In this document: positions 31,390 to 41,303 of the stretch, one piece after another
Numbering within the stretch: the stretch's first letter is position 1
Layout: every line of letters starts with the position of its first letter
NCBI GenBank assembly: GCA_965230975.1
Contig: OZ246402.1
Location: 928,859 to 992,858, forward strand
Length of the DNA stretch: 64,000 nt
Direction of reading: 5' to 3'
From: an uncultured Candidatus Saccharibacteria bacterium
GTDB taxonomy: Bacteria; Patescibacteriota; Dojkabacteria; J137
The notes under the pieces: model-generated
What the model was told of the DNA's origin: nothing
Database searches by the model: none
The model's input: the letters and a program-made list of their open reading frames with translations, nothing else
Program-made: the position numbers and the translations under genes

Positions 31390-32121
31390 ATGAGACACTT
31401 TAGTGCCTACGAATTAAACATACTTTTAAGTCATAATATTGACCCAAAAACTATCTCTAACCTTAATATCCCGGTTGAATATATTGTAAAAGAAGCAGAA
31501 TTTTGTGAAAGAAATTTTGTTGTAAACGAAAGTACATTAATTCCTAGAGTAGAAACCGAATATTTGATTGAACTAGGACTTAAATATGTGAAAACCCAAA
31601 TGGTTAGATTTACAGATGTTGGTTGTGGCAGTGGTGCTATTGGATTGACCTTTGGCATTCAACTTAATTTAAGAAATACCTTGTTTGAATGTAGCTTATC
31701 AGATATTTCAGATGAAGCACTAAAAGTTGCAAATCAAAATTACCAACTCTTTAAAAGCCTAATGGGAAATAATAAAGTATGCATATTTAACTCAAATTTA
31801 TTAAAAGGCTATAGCAAAGAAAATAAATTAAATATAATATTTGCCAACTTGCCTTACATACCATCTTCAAGAATTAGTATTTTAGATAAATCCGTAAAAG
31901 ATTTTGAGCCTTTAAACGCATTAGACGGTGGCAAGGATGGATTAAAATTTATACGAGAACTTTTATTAAATGCTAAAGAATATCTTAGCCAAGATGGAGT
32001 AATTTTATTAGAGGTGGATGACACTCATAAAGATACCAAAGAGTTTGAAAAAGAATGGAATATTGAAGTTAAGAACGATTTTAACGGCAAAATTAGATAT
32101 TGGGTTTGCCATGTAAAATAA
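31390..32121 (+). CDS. prmC: HemK/PrmC-family protein-(glutamine-N5) methyltransferase (short form)
   Basis: LIPRVETEYLIE substrate-domain motif, VGCGSGAIGL SAM motif I, and NLPY (a variant of NPPY) motif IV. Confidence 0.7.
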   Translation: MRHFSAYELNILLSHNIDPKTISNLNIPVEYIVKEAEFCERNFVVNESTLIPRVETEYLIELGLKYVKTQMVRFTDVGCGSGAIGLTFGIQLNLRNTLFECSLSDISDEALKVANQNYQLFKSLMGNNKVCIFNSNLLKGYSKENKLNIIFANLPYIPSSRISILDKSVKDFEPLNALDGGKDGLKFIRELLLNAKEYLSQDGVILLEVDDTHKDTKEFEKEWNIEVKNDFNGKIRYWVCHVK

Positions 32122-32684
32122 GCTTCTAATTACTAATATATTGAGTGCAAATTTAACATGCGCTCTCAAATACAAATAGACCCTCACTAACTTATTATTT
32201 GAAACCAATAATTTCTCTTGTTGGGAAAATTTCAAACTGCAAGGTTTTTGTAAGGATTAGTGTTTAATATATACCAAATCCAACACTATCAAAATTGCAC
32301 CAAAATTACACTTTTTATTGCAGTGGGAACCTATACCAGCTGTTACAGTTTTTTGAAAAGCATTTATAGATAGATCAATTTAAAAGTGCTAAATGAGTGC
32401 TTTTTTGCGAGTGATCAAAAAGGTTGAAGGTTATTTATTAAATTTTGTTATTATAAAAACCCTATGAGAGATTATTTAAGAAAAGAAAAATATATTAGAA
32501 AAAATATTTATATTGCAGAATCAAAATATGATAATTGATACCTATTAATGTCAACTAAAGTAAGATTTTCATGGAAACATAAAGTAAAAGAATCTAATAA
32601 AATCATACCCTATAAAAAATTTCGTTTTACTTTATTGAACAAAAATTCTAATATGAAATACATAGTTAATTAATTCCTCTTACT

Positions 32685-34349
32685 ATGTCTAATCCTAAAT
32701 ATATATTTGTATCCGGTGGGGTCATTTCTGGCCTTGGCAAAGGTGTTACCGCATCTGCCCTTGGAGTTTTATTGCAATCTCGTGGTTACAATGTAACTGC
32801 TATCAAATGCGAGACTTATTTAAATGTTGATTCCGGCACAATCAATCCAATTGAACACGGAGATCCTTTTTTGTGTGCAGATGGATTAGAAGCAGATATG
32901 GATTTAGGTACTTACGAAAGATTTTTAGGAATACCAGTTGGTCACAAAAACTTTGTAACCATGGGTCAAATTTACAAGGAGATTATAGATAAAGAAAGAA
33001 GCATGGGGTATAACGGCAAAACAGTAGATGCAATACCCGAAATTCCAAACAAGATAATTGAGAGAATAAAAGCAGCCGCAGAAGGACATGATATTTGCAT
33101 TGTAGAACTAGGTGGCACAGCTGGAGAGTATCAAAATGTTTACAACTATGAAGCCGCTAGGATGATGAAACTAGAGCATCCACAAGATGTAATCCATGTG
33201 CATATAACATATGTCCCAATTCCAGAACATTTAGGAGAACCCAAAACAAAACCAACCCAACTATCTATGCGATTTTTAAACATGGCTGGTATTCAACCTG
33301 AATTTTTGGTTTTAAGATCTAATTCAGAAATCGATAATTTAAGAAAAGATAAGATTGCGATTCAATGTAATATTCATAAAGATAGAATTATATTAAATGC
33401 AAATTTAAGAACAATTTATGAACTTCCAGAAAAATTTGAAGAGCAAGAATTTGATAGGCAAGCACTTGAGCTTTTGGGTTTACCAGTAAAAAGATTGCTA
33501 TTTGATAAATGGCAAAACTTAACTAAAACTATCAAGACAGAAAGAACAAAAAGAGTAACCATTGCAATTGCAGGTAAATATATTGCCACTGGGTCTTATC
33601 AATTGCCAGATGCATACAATTCACTTACTCACTCTTTAAAACACGCAAGTTGGGGCACTGGGATTGGAGTTGATTATAAATTTGTTAATGTAGAAGATAT
33701 TGAAAAATCAAATGCTAAAAAATATTTGAGTGATGTAGATGGAATAATTGTACCTATTGGATGGGGTAATAGAGGAGCAGAAGGGAAAATTAAAGCTATT
33801 CAATATGCTAGAGAGCAAAAGATTCCATATTTAGGATTATGTTTTGGTATGCAATTAGCATGTATAGAGTACGCAAGAAATAAAGCTAATATTAAAGATG
33901 CTACTTCGGAAGAATTAGATGAGTCAAGTAAGAATAAAATAATCCATAGCATTCCGTTTGATCCAACTTACCAGACAATTAAGGGAGAGGGTACATCTAT
34001 GCGACTTGGTTCATTTGATTGCGTTGTTAAGAAAAATTCACTTGCATACAATATTTATAAAAAATATGGTTGGGGTAAAGAAGATAAAAAAGGTAATTTA
34101 ATAGTAGAAGAAAGACATAGACATAGGTTTGAGTTTAATAATGAATATCGAAAAGTTTTAAGTGATGCAGGTCTTGTTTTTAGTGGAGTTTCCCCAGATG
34201 ACTTTTTTGTGGAGATGATTGAATTACCCGAAAAAGAGCACCCATTCTTTTTAGCTACTCAAGCACACCCGGAATATAAATCGAGGCCACTTGAACCTCA
34301 CCCATTCTTTTTAGAATTTGTGAATAAAAGTTTTGAATTAAAGAAATAA
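32685..34349 (+). CDS. pyrG: CTP synthase
   Basis: Length 554 aa. N-terminal GGVISGLGKG P-loop and C-terminal glutamine amidotransferase LGLCFGMQ motif are present. Confidence 0.95.
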   Translation: MSNPKYIFVSGGVISGLGKGVTASALGVLLQSRGYNVTAIKCETYLNVDSGTINPIEHGDPFLCADGLEADMDLGTYERFLGIPVGHKNFVTMGQIYKEIIDKERSMGYNGKTVDAIPEIPNKIIERIKAAAEGHDICIVELGGTAGEYQNVYNYEAARMMKLEHPQDVIHVHITYVPIPEHLGEPKTKPTQLSMRFLNMAGIQPEFLVLRSNSEIDNLRKDKIAIQCNIHKDRIILNANLRTIYELPEKFEEQEFDRQALELLGLPVKRLLFDKWQNLTKTIKTERTKRVTIAIAGKYIATGSYQLPDAYNSLTHSLKHASWGTGIGVDYKFVNVEDIEKSNAKKYLSDVDGIIVPIGWGNRGAEGKIKAIQYAREQKIPYLGLCFGMQLACIEYARNKANIKDATSEELDESSKNKIIHSIPFDPTYQTIKGEGTSMRLGSFDCVVKKNSLAYNIYKKYGWGKEDKKGNLIVEERHRHRFEFNNEYRKVLSDAGLVFSGVSPDDFFVEMIELPEKEHPFFLATQAHPEYKSRPLEPHPFFLEFVNKSFELKK

Positions 34350-34396
34350 TTTTTTATTGACATAAAGAAAAGCAGAGTTAAAATCGCTATATATTT

Positions 34397-34657
34397 TTGA
34401 TTTCTAAAAGTATGTTTCATAATGATATATCCCTTTATTGCTCTGAAACCTTGTTGAAATCTTCCCCAGAAAATATAAATCATCTTGTTCAGGCAATTAT
34501 TACAATGCTAACTAATAGTGGTTACACTCTTAGCAAAGAACTTATATTAAATTATATTCCAAGTTTTATAATGACTACTTCTGGCGAATTAGTGAATGAT
34601 GCAATTAATAGAGCGATACTCGATGTGAGAGACAATCAAACAAATGTTGAAAACTAA
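34397..34657 (+). CDS. small hypothetical protein (86 aa)
   Basis: Short ORF. No motif recognised. Confidence 0.3.
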   Translation: MISKSMFHNDISLYCSETLLKSSPENINHLVQAIITMLTNSGYTLSKELILNYIPSFIMTTSGELVNDAINRAILDVRDNQTNVEN

Positions 34658-34720
34658 ACAACTTTCTCTATTCTGAAGGTCTTGAGGATAAACCCTTGTT
34701 TTAGCAACCCGTATAATTTT

Positions 34721-34741
34721 AGTTCGTATTACGAACGAACT
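34721..34741. repeat. copy 1 of an exact 21-bp palindromic element AGTTCGTATTACGAACGAACT
   Basis: Identical 20-21-mers at 38410-38430 and 59353-59373. It contains the inverted repeat GTTCGTA/TACGAAC. Confidence 0.8.
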
Positions 34742-35073
34742 AAAACCTTATACCATTCTCAAAGGATAGTGTCAGTCTAAGGATTCGATTTTATTGACAA
34801 GGTTTTATAAAGAGTTAAAATCGAGACAATAATTCTTACTTTCTTTTTATGAGTATAGATGAAATTCCTCTAGACGGTCCAATTGCAGCACCTTATATTA
34901 ACACTCCAAGCTTAGAAACATTCAAGCCTATACTTATGCACCTAGTTACTAGTGTATCTGATCCAATCAATTAGACTTGCCGTCCTTAAGTGATATTTAT
35001 GGTCTTGAAAGTTTTGGTATCACTGAAGCAAAATTATTAGAACTTTTTGAGACTTGTACAAGCGAGATGTAAT

Positions 35074-36627
35074 TTAAGCTAATAAGTCCCTTCCGGTCAT
35101 CTCGGGAGGGATTTCTAAGCCCATTAATCTTAAAATTGTTGGGGCAATATCACTTAGGCCACCCACAGTTAATTCGCGACCTTGCAGACCGTTTTTAACT
35201 ATAACTACTGGTACTTGGTTTGTAGAGTGCTTTGTATCCGGATTGCCGGTTTTTAAATCAATTAATTCTTCTGCATTACCATGATCTGCCGTAATTATTA
35301 CTGCACCATCTTTCTTTAAAACATCTTGTATTATTCTACCTATACATTCATCGCAAGTTTCCATGGCCTTTTTTGTAGCATCTATAATACCAGTATGTGC
35401 AACCATATCTGGACCCGCATAGTTTATAAGCATAAAATCAAATTCATCTGTTTTTAATTTTTCTAGCAAAACATCTGTAACCCACTTTTGACTCATCTCA
35501 GGTTTTTTATCGTAAGTTGCTACATCTTTAGGAGAGGGCACCTCTAACCAAGTTTCTAATGGGTAAATATCTTTATTTGCACCATTAAAGAAATATGTAA
35601 CATGGGGGAATTTTTCAGATTCTGCTAATCTTAATTGTTTCAACCCATGATCTGATAATATTTTACCTAAAGGCGCATTTACTTTTTCTAATGGGAATGC
35701 CTTATTATGTGGGTATCCGTTTTCGTAGTCAGTCATTCCAACATAATATAGGTCTTTAAATTTAGTTGTTTTAAACTCTTTAAATTCGTTATCTTCAAAT
35801 GCCATTGTTAATTGAACAGCTCTATCTGGCCTAAAGTTAAAGAATATTACAGAATCCCCATCTTCAATATTGTATACATCTCCGTTGTAATCTATCAAAA
35901 TTGGGTCTAAGTATTCATCTGTAATTTTTTTGGAATAAGATTCTTTAATTGCTTTTTTCCAATCTTTTACTTTATTACCTTTAGAATTTACTAACATATC
36001 ATAAGCAATTTGAGTTCTTGCCCAATTTCTATTTCTATCCATTGCATAAGCTCTACCCACAATAGATGCCAACTTTCCAACCCTTCTTTGAATACAAATG
36101 GCCTCAATTTTTTCTATGCACTCAATTGCGGCATCGGGTGGGGAATCTCTACCATCAGTAAATACATGAATCGCAACTCTATCAGATTTCATTTTCTCTT
36201 CTCCTGCCATTTTGATTAACGCAAAAAGGTGTTCTATAGATGCATGTACAAAACCTGTCCCTACTAAACCCATTAAATGAACAGTTCCACCTGTTTTCTT
36301 TGCATGGTCAAATGCACTTTTTAACAATGGATTTTCAAAGAATGATCCATTGGCAATAGCATTATCAATTCGAGGTAAGTTTTGAAAAATAACTTTGCCT
36401 GCACCTAAAGTCATGTGACCAACTTCACTATTACCATCTGTGCCTTGAGGCAAGCCTACATTAAGACCCGATGCTTCTAGGTAGGTATGAGGATAATTAG
36501 GCCATAACCTGTCTAAATTAGGTGTATCTGCTAATGTAACTGCGTTACCTTCTCCCGGAGGAGCAACACCAACACCGTCCATTATTGCAAGTACAACTGG
36601 TTTTGGTCTTTTGAAAAATACTGCCAT
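35074..36627 (-). CDS. gpmI: 2,3-bisphosphoglycerate-independent phosphoglycerate mutase (GpmI), copy 2
   Basis: Length 517 aa. IMDGVG, GNSEVGHM and TADHGN motifs are present. Divergent paralog of the copy at 14145-15674. Confidence 0.9.
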   Translation of the reverse strand: MAVFFKRPKPVVLAIMDGVGVAPPGEGNAVTLADTPNLDRLWPNYPHTYLEASGLNVGLPQGTDGNSEVGHMTLGAGKVIFQNLPRIDNAIANGSFFENPLLKSAFDHAKKTGGTVHLMGLVGTGFVHASIEHLFALIKMAGEEKMKSDRVAIHVFTDGRDSPPDAAIECIEKIEAICIQRRVGKLASIVGRAYAMDRNRNWARTQIAYDMLVNSKGNKVKDWKKAIKESYSKKITDEYLDPILIDYNGDVYNIEDGDSVIFFNFRPDRAVQLTMAFEDNEFKEFKTTKFKDLYYVGMTDYENGYPHNKAFPLEKVNAPLGKILSDHGLKQLRLAESEKFPHVTYFFNGANKDIYPLETWLEVPSPKDVATYDKKPEMSQKWVTDVLLEKLKTDEFDFMLINYAGPDMVAHTGIIDATKKAMETCDECIGRIIQDVLKKDGAVIITADHGNAEELIDLKTGNPDTKHSTNQVPVVIVKNGLQGRELTVGGLSDIAPTILRLMGLEIPPEMTGRDLLA

Positions 36628-36838
36628 GTCTTATTTTATATCTAAATTTTAGTGATTAGAAGTTTTTAAATTTGCTTTTATATAATACGTGTATTAGGCG
36701 TATTTATCAAATTTAGGAACACTATTCTTAAACGACTTGCCATTAAGTTTTTTAGAGGTAAATATAAACGAACTTTATACATTTATTTGTGAAAGCGTAA
36801 TTAGCTACAATTTAGAAAGTTAGACTTTTTGTACAAAG

Positions 36839-38032
36839 CTATATAAGCTGTGTTTTTATTTTGTCCATCCAATTAGAATAGAATGCTAAGTTATGAATTG
36901 TAGCCAACCTAAAGCCCGAAGGTTCATTTATTCTCAGTAAGTGCCTAATGTACGATCTAGAAACTGTCTTGCAAGCTTCACAATCACATGTTTCGTCTAT
37001 TGGTTTTGAATCAAACTTGTATTTTTCTGTTTTTATATGCAAAACATCATAACTTAAGTTTTTATAAGATTTTGTACTTTCGCCTTGCCCTTCAGATACA
37101 TATAACAATCCATGTCTTGCATTTCTAGTTGGTAAAACGGTATCGAACAAATCCCAGCCAACATCTACACAGAAAGCTATATCATCCGGCTGGCCAACTC
37201 CCATGGCATATTTGAATTTTTGATTAGGTATAAGCTCTGAAACATATTGAAGCATTTCGTGGTAAAAACCCTTTTTACTTTCAGTTTTCCAAGTTTCTCC
37301 AGTATGAAGTGGCATTCCACCAAAATTGTATAAATCAAAATCTAGTTCAATTAACGCATCTGCAGAGATTTTACGTAGCTCAAAATCGTTACCGCCTTGA
37401 ATTACACAACCGATTAGCGGTCGATTTTGAGCGGTTGTTGAATTTTTAATTTGCAAAGTTTCAAAATCTTTATCTAAAATTAATCGGGGCAGAGTAGTGT
37501 TTAAATCAAATCCATTAAGTTGTTTAAACTTGTCTAAAGATCTTTTTGCCCATTTGGTGTTTATTACCAAACTTGATTTTCTTTCATCAAAACTTGCGTT
37601 TCCTAAAATTGGATTATCTAAAACTGTAACAATATCTGCACCCAAGTTATGCTGAATTTGTTGAGAAGATTCTGGGGTTAAGAGTGAATGTTTGCCAGTT
37701 TCGGGGTCAATAAATGTGCAACCTAGCTCTGAAATGCTGTTCCCTTTTATTGCACCTTTATTTGCATTTATTAACGAAAAAACCTGCCATCCGCCACTAT
37801 CTGTCAAGATTGGTCTATCCCATCCAAAAAATTTATGAATCCCCCCAATTTTTTTTATAAATACACTACCAATTTTTTGCTCTATGTGTAGGGTTGTGGT
37901 TACAATCTCTTTTACTCCTGCATTTTTGGCATCTAAAAATGAAATTGATTTAATCGCCCCATAAGTTGCATCCGGCATAAATGCCGGTAGCTGAATTTTG
38001 CCATGATTTGTATTTATAAATTCTTTGTTCAA
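36839..38032 (-). CDS. tgt: queuine tRNA-ribosyltransferase (tRNA-guanine transglycosylase), bacterial type
   Basis: PAFMPDATYG, catalytic TDSGGWQ, and zinc site CDCEAC...H are present. TTG start at 38032; an alternative ATG is at 37978. Confidence 0.85.
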   Translation of the reverse strand: MNKEFINTNHGKIQLPAFMPDATYGAIKSISFLDAKNAGVKEIVTTTLHIEQKIGSVFIKKIGGIHKFFGWDRPILTDSGGWQVFSLINANKGAIKGNSISELGCTFIDPETGKHSLLTPESSQQIQHNLGADIVTVLDNPILGNASFDERKSSLVINTKWAKRSLDKFKQLNGFDLNTTLPRLILDKDFETLQIKNSTTAQNRPLIGCVIQGGNDFELRKISADALIELDFDLYNFGGMPLHTGETWKTESKKGFYHEMLQYVSELIPNQKFKYAMGVGQPDDIAFCVDVGWDLFDTVLPTRNARHGLLYVSEGQGESTKSYKNLSYDVLHIKTEKYKFDSKPIDETCDCEACKTVSRSYIRHLLRINEPSGFRLATIHNLAFYSNWMDKIKTQLI

Positions 38033-38056
38033 GTTTAAATTTTAATCTAGATTAAG

Positions 38057-38314
38057 TTATGTTTCGCTTACCATAGTCCCCATTACTTTATCTTTAAATT
38101 GTTTCCAGGTCGCTCCATATAAGTTTGATACTTGAACATACTCAATTAACATTCCAATTAGTGGTGCAGTAGTTTCATCTTGAGTCGGAATCAACGAAGT
38201 TAAAATAACTGATGCAGGCATATTATCGTCCTCTGTATCAATAGTGTTAATAATCGCTTTAATCTGATCATCTAAACTAGTGTTAGCGTCAAACTCATGA
38301 ATACTATTTATCAT
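38057..38314 (-). CDS. small hypothetical protein (85 aa)
   Basis: Short ORF whose upstream region contains palindromic element copy 2. Confidence 0.35.
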   Translation of the reverse strand: MINSIHEFDANTSLDDQIKAIINTIDTEDDNMPASVILTSLIPTQDETTAPLIGMLIEYVQVSNLYGATWKQFKDKVMGTMVSET

Positions 38315-38409
38315 ATAACTTCAATATAATTAGAGCAATTTTATCATGAATGTATTATTGTTTGTGTCTGGTTGCTAATTACCTGTCGCGAGAGATCACA
38401 CTTTTAAAT

Positions 38410-38430
38410 AGTTCGTATTACGAACGAACT
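38410..38430. repeat. copy 2 of the 21-bp palindromic element AGTTCGTATTACGAACGAACT
   Basis: Exact match to copy 1. Lies about 96 bp upstream of the start of the - strand ORF 38057-38314. Confidence 0.8.
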
Positions 38431-38561
38431 ATTTAGATTTAAGACTTTAAACGAATATATAGAATCTAGGGTCCTTCTGTTTCAAAAAAATTTCCCGTTT
38501 TAAACGACCTTTAAAAGGTTAGCACCCTGAGTATAGAGTATATGCAAATTTACAATTTATT

Positions 38562-39143
38562 TTAAGGCTCTAAAGATGAGCTCTTTAAAGATTCAATTTG
38601 CTTTGAAATATGGGTAGATCTTAAGATTTGATTTAAAAGAATCATAAACCTTACAGTAAAATCATTGTTCATGTTTCTTAATAAATCCTCTATAGATAAG
38701 TATGAAAGTTCAAGCAATGTATAGTTTGGATTAATTTTTGAAAGCATTAAAAACAATTGTCTTAAGTAAGAATCATGATTAGAAATCTTAGCTGCTTGTT
38801 CGTATAAAAAGGAATTCACATCAGATTGTTTTAATACATCAATATCTTCTTGTGAAAGTCTGTCAAATAAAGGTTCTGGTTTATGAAAGTCAAAATAGTC
38901 ATGAAAGTCTTTTACTTTAAGATCCAAATCAACTCCTATGGTTTTAAATTCTTGAACTTTAGCTAAGTTTGGTAAGAAAAAAATACCATACAAATCCAAA
39001 ACTTGGGACAAGTTTGTATTAGAGTCCAAAAATTCTTGTGCAAAAGATGATAATGCTTTTACTGGCTTTAAAAACTGGTTAGGTAAGTGAAAGGCTTCGC
39101 TAGTTTCTGATAAGCTTGGGCCTTTAAAATGCCTATTTCCCAT
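38562..39143 (-). CDS. hypothetical protein (193 aa)
   Basis: ORF in a same-strand run with the two upstream ORFs. Confidence 0.45.
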   Translation of the reverse strand: MGNRHFKGPSLSETSEAFHLPNQFLKPVKALSSFAQEFLDSNTNLSQVLDLYGIFFLPNLAKVQEFKTIGVDLDLKVKDFHDYFDFHKPEPLFDRLSQEDIDVLKQSDVNSFLYEQAAKISNHDSYLRQLFLMLSKINPNYTLLELSYLSIEDLLRNMNNDFTVRFMILLNQILRSTHISKQIESLKSSSLEP

Positions 39144-39148
39144 AAATT

Positions 39149-39409
39149 TTATTGTTCTTCGTGTAAATTATTATCTTGGGCAAAATATTTTTCTAAACCT
39201 AAGTATTCTATTACGTCCTTAAGTTTAACTTTAATATCTACATTTGCTTTCTTTAGAGGATCTGTTGAAAGATGATGTCTGTATCCTATTTTGTCAACTG
39301 CCTCTTTAAGTGTTGTTTCCGGAGTCATTTCTTTAAATGATTCTCTTAATGTCTTAATTAATGACCATCTTACTTTATAAGTCAAATAAGGCTTTTCTAG
39401 ATTTTCCAT
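39149..39409 (-). CDS. small hypothetical protein (86 aa)
   Basis: Lies 5 nt from the neighbouring ORF on the same strand. Confidence 0.4.
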   Translation of the reverse strand: MENLEKPYLTYKVRWSLIKTLRESFKEMTPETTLKEAVDKIGYRHHLSTDPLKKANVDIKVKLKDVIEYLGLEKYFAQDNNLHEEQ

Positions 39410-39447
39410 CTCGGATCTTAAAACAGTTTATTAGAATTTACAATCTT

Positions 39448-40263
39448 TTAAGACTCTCCGAACAATTTAGAATCAAAAATGTTAGCCTCAATGAGCGCTC
39501 TTTTTATATTATTAACTACCTTTCTTTTACTTCTAGTTAAATTATCTTCATTATCTGAACTAAAAGATGAAATACTATGAACATAAAAATTTATCATCGA
39601 ATCAAAATTAGCTATACTCATATTTGATAAGATTTGTAGGCTATTAATCCCATTATAAATTAAGTATCTTCTAAGTGGTATTAAGCTAATAAAATTTAAT
39701 TTGCTTTCCTGCCTAGCTTGTTCGGTTGTAAATGCTAAACCCATTACTGATAATACATTTTTTAAAACTCTCATACCTGCAGGTCCTATTCCGCCAATTG
39801 CTTCTACTTCTTTTTCTGTTAAAGCAGAGAATGTATATAGATTATGGCCCGGAACAGTCGTAATGATATTAAAAATAACTCGTGCTAATTCAGATTTCGG
39901 GTTTGATTCAATTAAAGCATCGTAAATATCTAGCATTCTAATTGCACCAACTTCGCATTGTGCGTTAAGGCTCATACTGGCCAATAAAGTATAGTCTGAG
40001 TCAGATTTAATTTTGCAAATATTAATAAAATCACTCCAAGTAAGTTGTTCTAACTCTTCGGCAAAGTCTAATTGAAGAAGGGCAACTAGATCGTAAATTT
40101 TAGAACTAGGGTTATTTATTTCTAAATCGCGTATTATTTGCAACGCTTTAAGAGCAGGAATAGCAAAGAAGTATTCACCTACTTTTAAAGAGGCTAGTGC
40201 TTTCAATTGAGGCCGATAAATTTCTGCAAAATTGAAAGTTCGAAACGTATCAAGTTGTTGCAT
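39448..40263 (-). CDS. hypothetical protein (271 aa) with a helix-hairpin-helix-like motif
   Basis: LTEKEVEAIGGIGPAGMRVLKNVL resembles an HhH DNA-binding motif (GIGxxxAxxI). Confidence 0.45.
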   Translation of the reverse strand: MQQLDTFRTFNFAEIYRPQLKALASLKVGEYFFAIPALKALQIIRDLEINNPSSKIYDLVALLQLDFAEELEQLTWSDFINICKIKSDSDYTLLASMSLNAQCEVGAIRMLDIYDALIESNPKSELARVIFNIITTVPGHNLYTFSALTEKEVEAIGGIGPAGMRVLKNVLSVMGLAFTTEQARQESKLNFISLIPLRRYLIYNGINSLQILSNMSIANFDSMINFYVHSISSFSSDNEDNLTRSKRKVVNNIKRALIEANIFDSKLFGES

Positions 40264-40428
40264 AGATTTACTTTAAATATATCGAGTATATTACTAATTT
40301 ATACTTTTTGGGAATAACCTATAATTAAAATCTAATTATTGACAAGAAAAATATGGTAGTGGTATATTTCTTACTAGCAGGCAGTGCAACTTACTGCTAA
40401 AAATATATTATTTATTAAAATATTTTTT

Positions 40429-40911
40429 ATGAATAATAGAAGAATTTCTTTAATAAACCCAAAAACAATTAGACCTTCTCAACTATTTGATTCTTTTTTT
40501 GATGAATTTTTTACAGCAGACCCTATATCCGTAAACGATAAGACCCAAAGTGAACTTAATACATTATCTACTGATTCACTTGAAGTAGATATGTACGAAA
40601 CTGAAAAAGCAATAATGGTAGAAGCAAAAGTCCCCGGCTTTAAAGAAGACAACTTGAATATTAAAATTGAAGATAATATTTTAATTATTGAAGGATCTGT
40701 TCAAGAAGAATCCGAGCAAAAGCAAGATAGGAAATATCATATTAAAGAGGTTAGTACTAAATCTGTGTACAGGTCTTTAATGCTACCAGCCAAGGTTGAT
40801 GTAAATAATTCAGAAGCTGAGTTTAGTAATGGTATTGTTAAAATTGTTTTACCAAAGCTTGAAAATTCTAAACCTGCAAGTATTAGAATCAAAACTAAAT
40901 CTAAAGAATAA
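40429..40911 (+). CDS. Hsp20/alpha-crystallin family small heat-shock protein
   Basis: Alpha-crystallin domain pattern (DMYETEKAIMVEAKVPGFKEDNLNIKIEDNILIIEG). The track start is GTG 40384; ATG is at 40429. Confidence 0.8.
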   Translation: MNNRRISLINPKTIRPSQLFDSFFDEFFTADPISVNDKTQSELNTLSTDSLEVDMYETEKAIMVEAKVPGFKEDNLNIKIEDNILIIEGSVQEESEQKQDRKYHIKEVSTKSVYRSLMLPAKVDVNNSEAEFSNGIVKIVLPKLENSKPASIRIKTKSKE

Positions 40912-40932
40912 ATAACCAAAGAGTTCTATAAA

Positions 40933-40953
40933 CGGCCCCGATTCTCGGGGCCG
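40933..40953 (+). terminator. terminator-like hairpin after hsp20
   Basis: CGGCCCCG-ATTCT-CGGGGCCG stem-loop. The T-run is displaced about 10 nt downstream. Confidence 0.45.
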
Positions 40954-41303
40954 TAAGTATATCGTCTTTTTAAGCGAAAGGCCTTACATATTGGTATCTG
41001 TAGAATCGTCTAAGGTTTCATCTGCTGAATTTTGTAATTCATTACTATTTCTTACAACTTCTCTAACTTCTACCGCTCCATTTTGAGCAAATATCTCTAG
41101 AGGGGTTGAACTTAAGTTTCAGTATCTTACGACTTAAAACTTAAATTACAACTTTGTAAGAATAAAATCAGAAAATGAATTTGCATCAGCAATTTCGGTA
41201 AAAAATATGTAAATGTCAAAATTGAGCCTAATTTAGACATCATCTGTCAAACTTCAACCATTAATACGCTGGATAATCCCTGCATACTTATTAAATTAGA
41301 AAT

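Noticed and set aside
34787-34810. TTGACA ... TATAAA pair resembling a sigma70 promoter
   Set aside because: The spacer between the hexamers is only about 6 bp, incompatible with a functional -35/-10 promoter.
40985-41110. Apparent minus-strand coding remnant (…LEIFAQNGAVEVREVVRNSNELQNSADETLDDSTDTNM*) between hsp20 and the 576-aa gene
   Set aside because: The frame has an upstream in-frame stop and no start codon. It is most likely chance, not a gene fragment.
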